Source: Abditibacteriaceae bacterium
Lineage (GTDB): Bacteria > Armatimonadota > Abditibacteriia > Abditibacteriales > Abditibacteriaceae
DNA: 64,000 nt
Direction of reading: 5' to 3'
Assembly (NCBI GenBank): GCA_965277285.1
Contig: OZ255721.1
Coordinates: 3,713,651 to 3,777,650 of the forward strand
Positions within the stretch are counted from its first letter, which is position 1, and every line of letters begins with the position of its first letter. The position numbers and the translations under genes are program-made. The notes under the pieces were generated by a model. The model was not told where the DNA came from. It did no database searches and saw nothing but the letters and a program-made list of their open reading frames with translations. This document shows positions 1 to 9,398 of this stretch, piece after piece.

Positions 1-2
1 AA

Positions 3-1355
3 TTATCCGTTGTCGTTAGTCATTCGTCGTGCCAGGAAATCGGTGGCGATTTCGCCGCGCCGGAAATATTCGTTGGCCAAAATCTTTTCGTGAAACGACA
101 ATGTTGTCGGCACGCCCTGCATACGCGTTTCGCCCAGAGCGCGCTCCATTTTCGCAATCGCTTCGTCGCGCGTCGGCGCATACACCAAAATCTTCGCCAA
201 GAGCGAATCGTAATACGGCGGCACTTTGTAGCCGCTGCGCACATGAGAATCGACGCGCACGCCGAAACCGCCCGGCGGATCGAAATACTCAATCGTTCCG
301 CTCGACGGCGCGAAATTGCGCGTCGGGTCTTCCGCCGTCAAACGTACTTCAATGGCGTGACCTTTCAGCTCGACATCTTTTTGCGAAAATCCCAGCGTTT
401 CGCCTGCCGCGATGCGCAATTGTTCCTTGATCAAATCCAGCCCGCAAACCAGTTCTGTCACGGGATGTTCGACCTGAATGCGCGTGTTCATTTCCATGAA
501 AAAGAACTCGCCGGTTTTCGAGACCAGAAACTCAATCGTTCCCGCGTTTTGATAACCGACGGCTTTGGCGCCACGAACCGCAGCTTCGCCCAGCGCTTTT
601 CGAGTACTCGATGGAATGAAAATGCAGGGCGATTCTTCGAGCATTTTCTGGTGACGCGCGGTTTGCACGCTGCAATCGCGTTCGCCCAAATGCACGACGT
701 GACCGTGTTCGTCCGCCAAAATCTGCACTTCGATGTGGCGCGGCTCGATCAGATACTTTTCGAGATAAACCTCGCCGTTAGCAAATGCGGCTTCGGCTTC
801 GGCCTTGGCGGTGGCGATTTGCGAGGACATTTCGCCTTCTTCCTTGACCACGCGCATTCCCTTGCCGCCGCCGCCCGCGCTCGCCTTAATGATGACTGGA
901 TAACCGACTTTGCGCGCGAAATCGAGCGCCTCGCGTTCGTCTTTCAAGGCGCTGGTGCCAGGAATAATCGGTACGCGCGCTTCTTTCATTTTGTCGCGCG
1001 CACTGGCTTTGTTGCCCATCGCGTCAATCACAGCCGGACTTGGCCCGATGAATTTGATGCCGACGCGCTCGCAAATCTCGGCGAAACTGGAGTTTTCCGC
1101 CAGAAAACCGTAACCCGGATGAATCGCTTCGGCTCCGGTAATAGCAGCCGCCGACACGATGTTGGCGATGTTGAGATACGATTCTTTGGCCGGGCCAGGC
1201 CCAACGCAAACCGCTTGATCGGCGAGCTTGACATGAAGCGAATCGGCGTCCGCCTGCGAATAAACTGCGACAGTTTGGATGCCCATTTCGCGGCAAGTGC
1301 GAATGATGCGCACGGCGATTTCACCACGATTGGCAATAAGGATTTTAGAAAACAT
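3..1355 (-). CDS. accC: Acetyl-CoA carboxylase biotin carboxylase subunit
   Basis: Starts MFSKILIANRGEIAVRIIRTCREMGI and has the ATP-grasp motifs of biotin carboxylases. Full length, about 450 aa. The start is taken at the conserved N-terminus rather than the longest ORF. Confidence 0.95.
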   Translation of the reverse strand: MFSKILIANRGEIAVRIIRTCREMGIQTVAVYSQADADSLHVKLADQAVCVGPGPAKESYLNIANIVSAAAITGAEAIHPGYGFLAENSSFAEICERVGIKFIGPSPAVIDAMGNKASARDKMKEARVPIIPGTSALKDEREALDFARKVGYPVIIKASAGGGGKGMRVVKEEGEMSSQIATAKAEAEAAFANGEVYLEKYLIEPRHIEVQILADEHGHVVHLGERDCSVQTARHQKMLEESPCIFIPSSTRKALGEAAVRGAKAVGYQNAGTIEFLVSKTGEFFFMEMNTRIQVEHPVTELVCGLDLIKEQLRIAAGETLGFSQKDVELKGHAIEVRLTAEDPTRNFAPSSGTIEYFDPPGGFGVRVDSHVRSGYKVPPYYDSLLAKILVYAPTRDEAIAKMERALGETRMQGVPTTLSFHEKILANEYFRRGEIATDFLARRMTNDNG

Positions 1356-1384
1356 TCTGGGAATAAACGGGAAATTGAACTCTT

Positions 1385-1455
1385 GTAGGGACGCAGATTT
1401 CTGCGTCCGTTGTGTGCAAGTGTGAATCAACGGACGCAGAAATCTGCGTCCCTAC
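1385..1455. repeat. Long hairpin with 28-bp perfect stems; each arm is itself partly palindromic
   Basis: GTAGGGACGCAGATTTCTGCGTCCGTTG (1385-1412) pairs with CAACGGACGCAGAAATCTGCGTCCCTAC (1428-1455). It lies between the accC start and the stop of the upstream gene. Confidence 0.85.
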
Positions 1456-1478
1456 GGGCGCGTAAATATTTACGGCAA

Positions 1479-2036
1479 CTAATTGACACTTGATGGATCA
1501 GGCGGCGCGTTTCCAGTACTCGATCCGACGCCGGGCACGCGGCTCAAGTCAACGCCATCGACAGTTGTTCCCGCCGAGCCTGGCGCTCCTTTCAAACCGC
1601 CGGTCGGCGAAGACACGCGTCCGGTTTGCGGGTCGTAGTTCAGAGGTTGCCTGGAAACCGAATCGACCCACATTTCGGCGGGATAACCTTTGCCATAGGA
1701 ACTATTTTTCAGTTCGTCCAGCGAGGCGGGCGGTTTGCCATTGTTGTCGTTTTTATACATCTCGACGGCCTGCTGAATCTGCATGATGTTGGACGTGGTA
1801 TCGACATCTTCACCTTTGTTCATGCTTTGCTTGAGCACCGAAGGCTGCGTTTCTCCGTTCGGGCCGCTGCGTTTTCCCAGATACAACATATAGAGGCCAA
1901 TCAAAATCAGCACGACGACCAGCAAAGCGATCAACGTTTGTCCGCTGCGCCGTGTCGTGCGGTTCGCCGTCGTGCGACTTTGCACTACGCGACTTTGAAC
2001 TTTGCGGCTTTTCGAGTACTCGAATTGCGATTTCAT
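1479..2036 (-). CDS. Membrane-anchored pilin/pseudopilin-like protein (GspG-like), non-canonical N-terminus
   Basis: GGAGGA RBS upstream of the ATG at 2036. N-terminal SGQTLIALLVVVLILIGL resembles a degenerate prepilin G/FTLIE helix. IQQAVEMYKNDNNGKPPASLDEL and DSVSRQPLNYDP resemble the GspG core. Function is inferred. Confidence 0.45.
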   Translation of the reverse strand: MKSQFEYSKSRKVQSRVVQSRTTANRTTRRSGQTLIALLVVVLILIGLYMLYLGKRSGPNGETQPSVLKQSMNKGEDVDTTSNIMQIQQAVEMYKNDNNGKPPASLDELKNSSYGKGYPAEMWVDSVSRQPLNYDPQTGRVSSPTGGLKGAPGSAGTTVDGVDLSRVPGVGSSTGNAPPDPSSVN

Positions 2037-2051
2037 GCGAGTTCCTCCGTT

Positions 2052-2540
2052 TCACTCTTCGACTTCAATCATCAACAAGGGTTGGCCATATTCGACGCCC
2101 TGACCATCTTCGGCCAAGATTTCCATCACGCTTCCTGCAGCGGGCGCCGTGACATCGGTGGGAATCTTCAATGATTCCACGGTGCCGACGACTTGACCTG
2201 AACGCACTGTATCGCCAATTTGCAGTGGCGGCGCGGCGGGACGAAATAACCCGACGGCGCTCGCTGTCACGGCGACGAGAGGTCGCACGGTTTCTTCGAC
2301 ACTTTGGGCTGTGTCTTCGCTCAGGATTTCGGCAAGCGTTGTCAGCGTCGCGTTTTCTGGCGCTGAGGCAAGCGAGATTGGAGCATTAGGAATTTGAAAA
2401 CTGGGAGGAGCCACTGCGCCGCGCACCACGATGCGCACGGGCGCGTCGTTTTCGCCCGCTGTTTGAAGCGCGATTTCGTGCAAACCCGTTTCGTTGAGCA
2501 AACGCGCCAGGTCGCGCACGGCTTCGGTTGAAAATTGCAT
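2052..2540 (-). CDS. accB: Biotin carboxyl carrier protein of acetyl-CoA carboxylase
   Basis: The C-terminal biotinyl domain GDTVRSGQVVGTVESLKIPTDVTAPAAGSVMEILAEDGQGVEYGQPLLMIE aligns with E. coli BCCP. The attachment motif is ESLKI rather than EAMKM. Confidence 0.85.
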   Translation of the reverse strand: MQFSTEAVRDLARLLNETGLHEIALQTAGENDAPVRIVVRGAVAPPSFQIPNAPISLASAPENATLTTLAEILSEDTAQSVEETVRPLVAVTASAVGLFRPAAPPLQIGDTVRSGQVVGTVESLKIPTDVTAPAAGSVMEILAEDGQGVEYGQPLLMIEVEE

Positions 2541-2656
2541 GGCACGCGAGTATATCACTCCAAAACTGCGATGACTCTCCAAACTTTGTATCGAGTACTC
2601 GAAATTGCTTCCAATCCGCGTTTAATAGTCCCGTTGACGCGTTATACTGCGCCTTT

Positions 2657-4186
2657 ATGCAGCCGCCTTTTTCGACTGATTCGCCTTTTCCTTCGACACC
2701 TTCCAATGCGTCTTTGTCGGATGCGCCACAACCTTCCGGTGATGAAACTTCACGCCCATTTTTCGCAACGCAGGACGCGACGGATAGAATTGCGCCCACT
2801 GCGACGCCAAACGCTTCCAGCGCCAGCGGTTTTCAAAGTGCGAACGAACAAAATTTAGCGCCTCGTGCGACATTGCCCGCCGTGCAATTTGAGCCAATTC
2901 GCATCGCGCCACCGCTTAATGCCGCGTCTTTAACGGCGCCGCCCATTGGTGAAAAAACGGCGGTTCCAGCGACAACGGTCAGCGCGCCACCTTGTTATTC
3001 GCCGCGCGCAGCATCGCCCGCTACGCCAACTGTTGTTCCGCCGCGCTCAAACACGCTGGGATTTTTGCATACGTTGTTGTTGGGCGGCGTTCTGGCGTGC
3101 ACTCTGGTTGGTTTGGGAACTTTGATCGGCGCGCGTCATGGTGGCGCTGCAGAGACTTCGAGTACTGGAATTGAGGAAAATGGTGGCGTTGCGACGGCGG
3201 ATTTAGTGAACCAGAGCGCGATTGAAAGCGCGATTCAAAAAGTCGGGCCAGCCGTAATGAACGTGGACACGACTTTCGGCGGCAGCGGCAATAAAGAATT
3301 TTTGCCCGATCCCGGCACGTCCAGTCGCCCGATTCAAGGTAAAGGCACCGGCTTCGTCATTGATTCGGCCAAAGGCTTGATGCTGACCAACGCACACGTC
3401 GTCGCCGATGCGCAGAAAATTCAGGTCACAACGCGCGACGGACAAAAATACACAGGTCGCATCGTCGGCGTGGATCGCCAATCGGACATCGCGGTTGTCG
3501 CCTTGTCCGCCAAGGGCTTGCCCGAAGTGAAACTGGCGCCGATGAAAAATGCCAAAGACGTTCAAATTGGTCAATGGGCGATTGCCATTGGAAACCCTTT
3601 CGCGCAGGCGAATACAGTTACGGTCGGCGTGATTTCCGCCACAGGGCGCACCATTCCGGTGCCGGACGAGAAAAACGGCGGCACTTTTCAACTGACCGAT
3701 ATGCTGCAAACCGATGCGGCGATTAATCCAGGCAACAGCGGCGGCCCTTTGTGCAACATCAAGGGCGAAGTTGTCGGCATCAACACGGCGATTTACGGCA
3801 TCGGAACGGGTCTGGGTTTTTCGATTCCCATCAACAAAGCGTATGCCGTGGCGCAGGAAATCATCAAGCACGGCAGCGTGCAGCGCGCTTACGTCGGCTT
3901 GCAATTGCAGGCAATTACAGCCGCGACCAAGCAGGAATACGGTTTGAAAGATATGCAGGGCGCGCTGGTGCAAGATGCCGTGACCGATTCGCCCGCCGCC
4001 AAAGCCGGCTTCCAGGCGGGCGACATCATTCGCAAAATCAACGGCCAAAACATGACCAATACGGCGCAAGTCCAGGCGACGATTCAGCAGCAAAAAGTCG
4101 GCGCGACTGTCACAATCGAAATTTTACGCAACGGTACCACGCCTAAAACCCTGACCTTGAAAACCGCCGCGCAATCCGGCGCTTAA
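2657..4186 (+). CDS. HtrA/DegP-family serine protease with C-terminal PDZ domain
   Basis: Catalytic triad contexts LTNAHVV, DIAV and GNSGGPL. PDZ-like C-terminus. Pro/Ala/Ser-rich N-terminus followed by one TM helix. Start chosen at MQPPF, divergent from accB. Confidence 0.9.
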   Translation: MQPPFSTDSPFPSTPSNASLSDAPQPSGDETSRPFFATQDATDRIAPTATPNASSASGFQSANEQNLAPRATLPAVQFEPIRIAPPLNAASLTAPPIGEKTAVPATTVSAPPCYSPRAASPATPTVVPPRSNTLGFLHTLLLGGVLACTLVGLGTLIGARHGGAAETSSTGIEENGGVATADLVNQSAIESAIQKVGPAVMNVDTTFGGSGNKEFLPDPGTSSRPIQGKGTGFVIDSAKGLMLTNAHVVADAQKIQVTTRDGQKYTGRIVGVDRQSDIAVVALSAKGLPEVKLAPMKNAKDVQIGQWAIAIGNPFAQANTVTVGVISATGRTIPVPDEKNGGTFQLTDMLQTDAAINPGNSGGPLCNIKGEVVGINTAIYGIGTGLGFSIPINKAYAVAQEIIKHGSVQRAYVGLQLQAITAATKQEYGLKDMQGALVQDAVTDSPAAKAGFQAGDIIRKINGQNMTNTAQVQATIQQQKVGATVTIEILRNGTTPKTLTLKTAAQSGA

Positions 4187-4256
4187 CGAACCCCAAGCGT
4201 CCTACGGGGCTGACATAACTGCCGCTACAGCCCAGCGTTTACGCTTGGGGTTCGTT
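4185..4256. repeat. REP/MITE-like hairpin repeat, family R1 (copy A)
   Basis: AACGAACCCCAAGCGT...ACGCTTGGGGTTCGTT. It begins at the stop codon of the protease gene. Confidence 0.85.
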
Positions 4257-4366
4257 AAATTGGCGCAACTTCGCTCATGCTCCGAACGCAAACCTTTCCG
4301 ATGCCAGGCACGCGCGCTCGTGCTCACGTCGGTTCGACGGCGCGCCGCATACAGCGTTTGCAGGGA

Positions 4367-4879
4367 ATGCCAGTCGCCGAGCGCATTTTAGGCGTCGATC
4401 CCGGATTGCACATCACCGGCTACGGCGTGATTGAACTCGTGATGCGCAATCGAGTACTCGAACCTCAACTCGTCGAAGGCGGAACCGTGCGCGCCCGCGA
4501 CAGCGATCCGTTTCCGCTGCGCTTGCAAACTTTGTTCGATGGCTTGAGCGAAGTGCTGCGCGAACATAATCCCGATGTTGTGGTCATCGAAGAACTCTTT
4601 TCGACGTATGCGCATCCGCGCAGCGCCTTGTTAATGGCGCACGCGCGCGGCGTTCTGATGCTGGCGGCGCAACTGCAAAATGTTCCGGTTCACGGTTTTA
4701 CGCCCAACGAAGTCAAGCAAGTCGTGACAGGAAACGGGCACGCCACCAAATCGAACGTTCAGGCGGCTGTCAAAACGCGTTTGAAATTGAACGCCGCGCC
4801 GCATCCGCCGGACGTAGCTGACGCTTTAGCAATTGCGTTGTGCTTCGCCGCGCGCCAAAACCTCGATTCCAAATTGTGA
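4367..4879 (+). CDS. ruvC: Crossover junction endodeoxyribonuclease RuvC
   Basis: ILGVDPGLHITGYGVIE, VVIEELF and a C-terminal DVADALAIALC motif. Start chosen just before the conserved N-terminus. Confidence 0.9.
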   Translation: MPVAERILGVDPGLHITGYGVIELVMRNRVLEPQLVEGGTVRARDSDPFPLRLQTLFDGLSEVLREHNPDVVVIEELFSTYAHPRSALLMAHARGVLMLAAQLQNVPVHGFTPNEVKQVVTGNGHATKSNVQAAVKTRLKLNAAPHPPDVADALAIALCFAARQNLDSKL

Positions 4880-4966
4880 AGTTCGAGTACTCGCTTCGCT
4901 TCGGGTTCGTTATGTGCGTTTTCTTGTGAATCTTTTCACGGAATCTGTTAAAGTTGCTGTAGTCTG

Positions 4967-5476
4967 ATGCGAAAACAGCGAGAACATCGTTTTGAAAGGC
5001 GCGTGACGAAGGTTCATCCCCTGTTGCGTTTGCTGGTTCTCGCCTTGATCTGGTTGCAGGTCGTCGCACCAATGTGGCACGTTTGCGCGCTGGGCGGCAA
5101 TTCATGCGAACATTCCGCGACTTCTACTGCGACTTCTGCCGCGACCGCGAACTTGAAAAACATCGCGGACGATGACGATGACGATCATTGTCACGATTCA
5201 AAGCTTTGCCGCTGTCCTGAACATCAACGTCTGGATGCGAGTAAGAATCAGGTTCAACAAAGCACTGGCGTCGCGTCGGTTTCTGCCGTTTCTGTCGACT
5301 GTGCGGTGACGTGTTTAGCGCGTTTGTTGTCAGTTACGCCGTCGCGTTTGTCGGCCTCGTTCACCTTTACGCCACTTTTCGCGCCGCGCACTTTCCTCGC
5401 GCCGCGCACTTTTTCCCTTCGTTCGGTTTCGTCTTTACCGCAGCCACCGGCGCGCGGCCCTCCACTTTTGGTTTGA
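4967..5476 (+). CDS. Hypothetical membrane protein, Cys/His-rich (DUF2946-like?)
   Basis: One N-terminal TM helix followed by HVCALGGNSCEH and DDDDDDHCHDSKLCRCPEH. Weak call. Confidence 0.35.
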   Translation: MRKQREHRFERRVTKVHPLLRLLVLALIWLQVVAPMWHVCALGGNSCEHSATSTATSAATANLKNIADDDDDDHCHDSKLCRCPEHQRLDASKNQVQQSTGVASVSAVSVDCAVTCLARLLSVTPSRLSASFTFTPLFAPRTFLAPRTFSLRSVSSLPQPPARGPPLLV

Positions 5477-5525
5477 TGTTTCGCCCTTATCGCAACCATC
5501 AAATTCAACAATTTGCGGAGATTTT

Positions 5526-6113
5526 ATGAAACGATTTTCTATCGTTCTTTCGGCGACGGCTTTTCTGGCTGTGGCGTCGGTTAGCAGTTTCGCGTCGCCA
5601 TTCCAAAATGTGCAGCATCGTCATTCGAGTACTCGATTGGCGTCAAAACCCCAGGCGCCACAACTGTGGGCGCACAATCAACCACTTGTCAATTCGACGA
5701 TTCTCATCGACAAATTCACGCTGGACAAAACCGGCTGGGTGATGTCGCATTTGCAAGGCAAAAACGGTCAGCCTGGAACGATGGCGGGCGTGACTGGCCC
5801 GTTTGCGCCCGGAACCTATCGCAACGTGCGCATCAAACTCAATGGCCTCATCAAAGCGGGCGATAAAGTGTGGCCGATGCTGCATTATGACAGCGGCTCC
5901 CAAAAAGGCGTTTTCGAGCCAACGCGGGATCATCACGTCGAAGTTAATGGCAAAGTCGTGACGCGTCAGATCACGATTACAGCGATCAAAGGCACGCCTC
6001 CCAAAGCGGGCGCGCTGATGACGATGCCGCCGCGCGACATGATGAGCGATATGCCAATGAGCGGCATGACGATGAACCATTCCAGGCCGAACAAAGCGGC
6101 TGCATCGCGCTGA
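5526..6113 (+). CDS. Secreted protein with Met-rich C-terminal tail
   Basis: Signal peptide MKRFSIVLSATAFLAVASVSSFA. C-terminus MTMPPRDMMSDMPMSGMTMNH resembles Met-rich Cu(I)-binding tails. Confidence 0.6.
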   Translation: MKRFSIVLSATAFLAVASVSSFASPFQNVQHRHSSTRLASKPQAPQLWAHNQPLVNSTILIDKFTLDKTGWVMSHLQGKNGQPGTMAGVTGPFAPGTYRNVRIKLNGLIKAGDKVWPMLHYDSGSQKGVFEPTRDHHVEVNGKVVTRQITITAIKGTPPKAGALMTMPPRDMMSDMPMSGMTMNHSRPNKAAASR

Positions 6114-6198
6114 ACCTTGAAAATAAGGCGAGACGCGCCGTTTCATCGCAATCGAGTACTCGATGTGATGAGGCGGCGCGTCTTGTGGAGGAATTCAA

Positions 6199-7113
6199 AT
6201 GAAGAAGATTTTACTCGTCGCATTGCTGTGCGGCCTGAGCCTGGTTTTTGCCCCATCGCGCGTTTGGGCGTGCGCGTGCGGCTGCGGCGTTTTCGATGTG
6301 GGAACGGGTTCGATGTTCCCAACCGGCGCCGGCACGACGGTTTACTTCGATTACGATTACTTGAACCAAACGCGCAACTGGAGCGGTTCGTCGTCGGCGC
6401 CCGCGGCCAACAACGATGACAAACAAATCCGCACCGATTTTTTCAGCCTGGGCGTGCAGCACATGTTCAACCGAAAAAACGGTTTCATGCTGGAAGTGCC
6501 ATATTGGAACCGCCAATTCAAGACCGCCGACTCGGGCACAGTCGAAACGTTCAACCACTCGAGTTTGGGCGACATTCGCCTCAAAGGCATTTACACCGGC
6601 TTTTCGCCCGATATGTCCAGCGGCCTGACTTATGGCGTCAAACTGCCAACCGGCGATTCCAAATACGCGGGTTTCGATTCCGACACAGAAATCGGAACTG
6701 GCAGCACAGATTTGCTTTTGGGCGGTTATCACAACGCGAAGTTTGCCAACAGCAATTGGGGCTGGTTCGTCAATGGCGAACTGGAGCAACCAGTTGCGCA
6801 CAAAAACGGCTACAATCCGGGCGCCGAAATCAACGCGGTCGCGGGCGCTTACTATCATCAGTGGAACGTCGGTAAAACGCCGGTCGTGCCGTTGCTGCAA
6901 ATTATCGGCTCGGTTCGCGGCAAAGATAGCGGTGCTTTGAGCAACGCTTCCGACAGCGGTTATCAACGTGTTTTGTTCGCGCCCGGCCTGGAAGTCCATC
7001 TGGCGGGCGCGCGTATTTTCGCCGAAGTCGGCTTGCCGATTTATCAGCACGTCAACGGCAATCAATTGACGGCGAAAACTTTGTTCAAAGTCACCGTCAG
7101 TCACGATTTTTGA
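6199..7113 (+). CDS. Putative outer-membrane beta-barrel protein
   Basis: Signal peptide followed by a CACGCG motif. Alternating aromatic/Gly-rich beta-strand pattern with a C-terminal aromatic residue (SHDF). Confidence 0.6.
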   Translation: MKKILLVALLCGLSLVFAPSRVWACACGCGVFDVGTGSMFPTGAGTTVYFDYDYLNQTRNWSGSSSAPAANNDDKQIRTDFFSLGVQHMFNRKNGFMLEVPYWNRQFKTADSGTVETFNHSSLGDIRLKGIYTGFSPDMSSGLTYGVKLPTGDSKYAGFDSDTEIGTGSTDLLLGGYHNAKFANSNWGWFVNGELEQPVAHKNGYNPGAEINAVAGAYYHQWNVGKTPVVPLLQIIGSVRGKDSGALSNASDSGYQRVLFAPGLEVHLAGARIFAEVGLPIYQHVNGNQLTAKTLFKVTVSHDF

Positions 7114-7151
7114 GAATCTGTTTGAAAAGTCTGCAATGTGTGAAGAAGTGG

Positions 7152-7253
7152 TAGTTTGTCATTCTGACGGGCGCCCTCTGGGCAGTGCGAAGAATCTAAC
7201 TGAACATAGATTCTTCGCACTGCCCAGAGGGCGCCCGTCAGAATGACAAACTA
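7152..7253. repeat. Hairpin repeat family R2, perfect 47-bp stems with an 8-nt loop
   Basis: TAGTTTGTCATTCTGACGGGCGCCCTCTGGGCAGTGCGAAGAATCTA (7152-7198) is the exact reverse complement of 7207-7253. Confidence 0.9.
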
Positions 7254-7352
7254 TGAGTTTCAGGGCGTTTCTCGGACTTTGTGAACTCTTTTTCAGAACG
7301 AAGTCCGTGTCCTACTTCTTTCTCGAACACACTTTTCGTTGGAGGAACATTT

Positions 7353-7865
7353 ATGCGCAAATTCTGGATGGTTTTGGCCGCGTGCGTCCTGCTTTCGAGT
7401 ACTCGAAAAGCTGTTTTGGCTTCCGCGAAAGTAGGAAACGCGGCGCCCTCACTTGTCGCGCGCGAATTGGACGGCAGCACGTTCGATTTGAGCGCGTTCA
7501 AAGGCAAAGTCGTGATTGTGAACTTTTGGGCGACGTGGTGTCCGCCATGTCGTGCGGAAATGCCCGCACTTTCGGCGTTTTATGCGAAATATCACGCGCA
7601 AGGTTTGGCAATGATCGCTCTGAGCGCCGACCGCAGGCAAGATCGCGGCGACGTGAAAAAAGTGATGCGTAACTTCACCTTTCCTGCTGCGATGCTGACT
7701 GAGGCCAAAACCAACAACTTCGGCGATCCCGACAGTTTGCCGACCACTTACGTCATTGATGCGGCGGGAAAAGTGCGCGCCGTTTTCAGCGGCAAAACAA
7801 CGGTGACAACGCAAAGTTTGAACGAAGTCGTTTTGCCTTTGCTACCGCAATCGTCAGTAAAGTAA
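7353..7865 (+). CDS. TlpA/ResA-family thiol:disulfide oxidoreductase (thioredoxin fold)
   Basis: WATWCPPCRAEMP active site, signal/anchor MRKFWMVLAACVLLSS, and a GGAGGA RBS before the ATG at 7353. Confidence 0.85.
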   Translation: MRKFWMVLAACVLLSSTRKAVLASAKVGNAAPSLVARELDGSTFDLSAFKGKVVIVNFWATWCPPCRAEMPALSAFYAKYHAQGLAMIALSADRRQDRGDVKKVMRNFTFPAAMLTEAKTNNFGDPDSLPTTYVIDAAGKVRAVFSGKTTVTTQSLNEVVLPLLPQSSVK

Positions 7866-7976
7866 AATTCGCCTTCAGCGGAGCCGCGCCAAAATCCCGA
7901 GTAAGGACTTTGGCGCGTCTGCTTTTCGAGTACTCGATGTCGGTAAACAACTTCCTAAAACGATAAACTTCAAAGC

Positions 7977-9398
7977 GTGACTTCCCGCGACATCGCCCCG
8001 CAAAATCTCATTGTTCCCGCGTTTTCTGCCGACGAAGAAGACGAAGCGCGCCCGATTTCGGCGCTTCATGCCTTTGGCGCGCAGCCTCAATTCGACCGTC
8101 ACGCGCGGCTGGAAGGCAAAAGCGATACGCGCCGTCGTCGCAAACTCAAAGAAATCGCCAAAACTTTGCCGCGTTCGCCTGGCGTTTATTTCTTTTACGG
8201 CATCAACAATCGCTTGCTTTACATCGGCAAAGCCAAGTGTTTGCGCGAACGCGTCGGCTCATACTTCGGCGAAACTTCTTTGCGACGCCCGCCCAAGTTG
8301 CGTCGTTTATTGGCTGAAATCAAGCGTTTGGAACACGAAGAATGCGGCAGCGAATTGGAAGCCCTTTTGGTTGAACGCCGCCTCATCGCCGAACGCTTGC
8401 CGATTTTAAATCGCCAACATAAACGTTTCAAGGTTTATCCGTATTTGTTGTTGTCGCGCGAAACCTTTCCGCGATTGACTCTCACGCGCGCCGAACCAAT
8501 GGAAGGCGAGCGCGCCGACGACTTTTCTTTTATGTCACCGCAATCGCGTTCGACATCGTTGCCGCTGGAAAACGCGCCGCACGCTGGTGAACTTCCCGGA
8601 CTTTATCTTGGCCCGTTTACTTCGCCGCGCTCGGCGTTCTGGACGTTTGAAGCTGTCCGCAACTTGTTTCCGCTGCGCTCGTGCGAAGGCGCCATTATGC
8701 CGGACGAAAAGGCGCGCAGTTGCTTTTATCACGAGATTAAACGTTGTCTAGGGCCGTGCGTTGGCGCCGTAGAGACCATCGAGTACTCGAAAGTCTGCGC
8801 CGATTTAGTTGCGCTCTTGCAAACTGGCAACGCGCCGCAATTAGACGCGATGCGCGCGCGAATGCAACAGTTTTCCGACGACTGGCGCTTTGAAGAAGCC
8901 GCGCAACTCAAAGAACAATTGCAGGCGATTGAAGCCGTCGCCAAACGTTTGCAACGCTTGCAACGAATGCGCGAAAAGAACAACGTCGTGATCGTGCAAA
9001 ACGCGCGCAACGTTGCGGAACCGGAAAATGCGACTGGAACAAATCCGGATTCTGTCAGGTCGAACGCTGCATCGAGTACGCGAAATGCCAGCGTTTTCTT
9101 AATTCAAGGCGGCGTGGTGCGGCGTCATATCGTTGTGCGCAATTGGAATCAGGACGAGAAAATCTTGCGCCGCGCGATTGCAGATATTTACGACAATCCG
9201 CCGCCGGTCGCCGATTACACCGCGAAAACTGAACTCGACGAAATGATGATTTTGGATCGCTGGCTCAAAAGCAATGGCGAAAGTTCGTGCTGCATTTGGA
9301 TGAACGCCAAAACGTCGCGGCAGTGGACAAGCAACGTTTTGCGCGGCGTGCAACGTTGGATGAATGCGGACAACGCAAGGGAAAACGATGAACAATAA
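7977..9398 (+). CDS. UvrC N-terminal-half homologue (GIY-YIG nuclease + Cys motif + UVR domain), Cho-like
   Basis: GVYFFYGINNRLLYIGKAKCLRERVGSYF (GIY-YIG), RSCEG...CFYHEIKRCLGPCVG, and WRFEEAAQLKEQLQAIE (UVR). No C-terminal endonuclease/HhH region was recognised. GTG start is uncertain. Confidence 0.7.
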   Translation: MTSRDIAPQNLIVPAFSADEEDEARPISALHAFGAQPQFDRHARLEGKSDTRRRRKLKEIAKTLPRSPGVYFFYGINNRLLYIGKAKCLRERVGSYFGETSLRRPPKLRRLLAEIKRLEHEECGSELEALLVERRLIAERLPILNRQHKRFKVYPYLLLSRETFPRLTLTRAEPMEGERADDFSFMSPQSRSTSLPLENAPHAGELPGLYLGPFTSPRSAFWTFEAVRNLFPLRSCEGAIMPDEKARSCFYHEIKRCLGPCVGAVETIEYSKVCADLVALLQTGNAPQLDAMRARMQQFSDDWRFEEAAQLKEQLQAIEAVAKRLQRLQRMREKNNVVIVQNARNVAEPENATGTNPDSVRSNAASSTRNASVFLIQGGVVRRHIVVRNWNQDEKILRRAIADIYDNPPPVADYTAKTELDEMMILDRWLKSNGESSCCIWMNAKTSRQWTSNVLRGVQRWMNADNARENDEQ

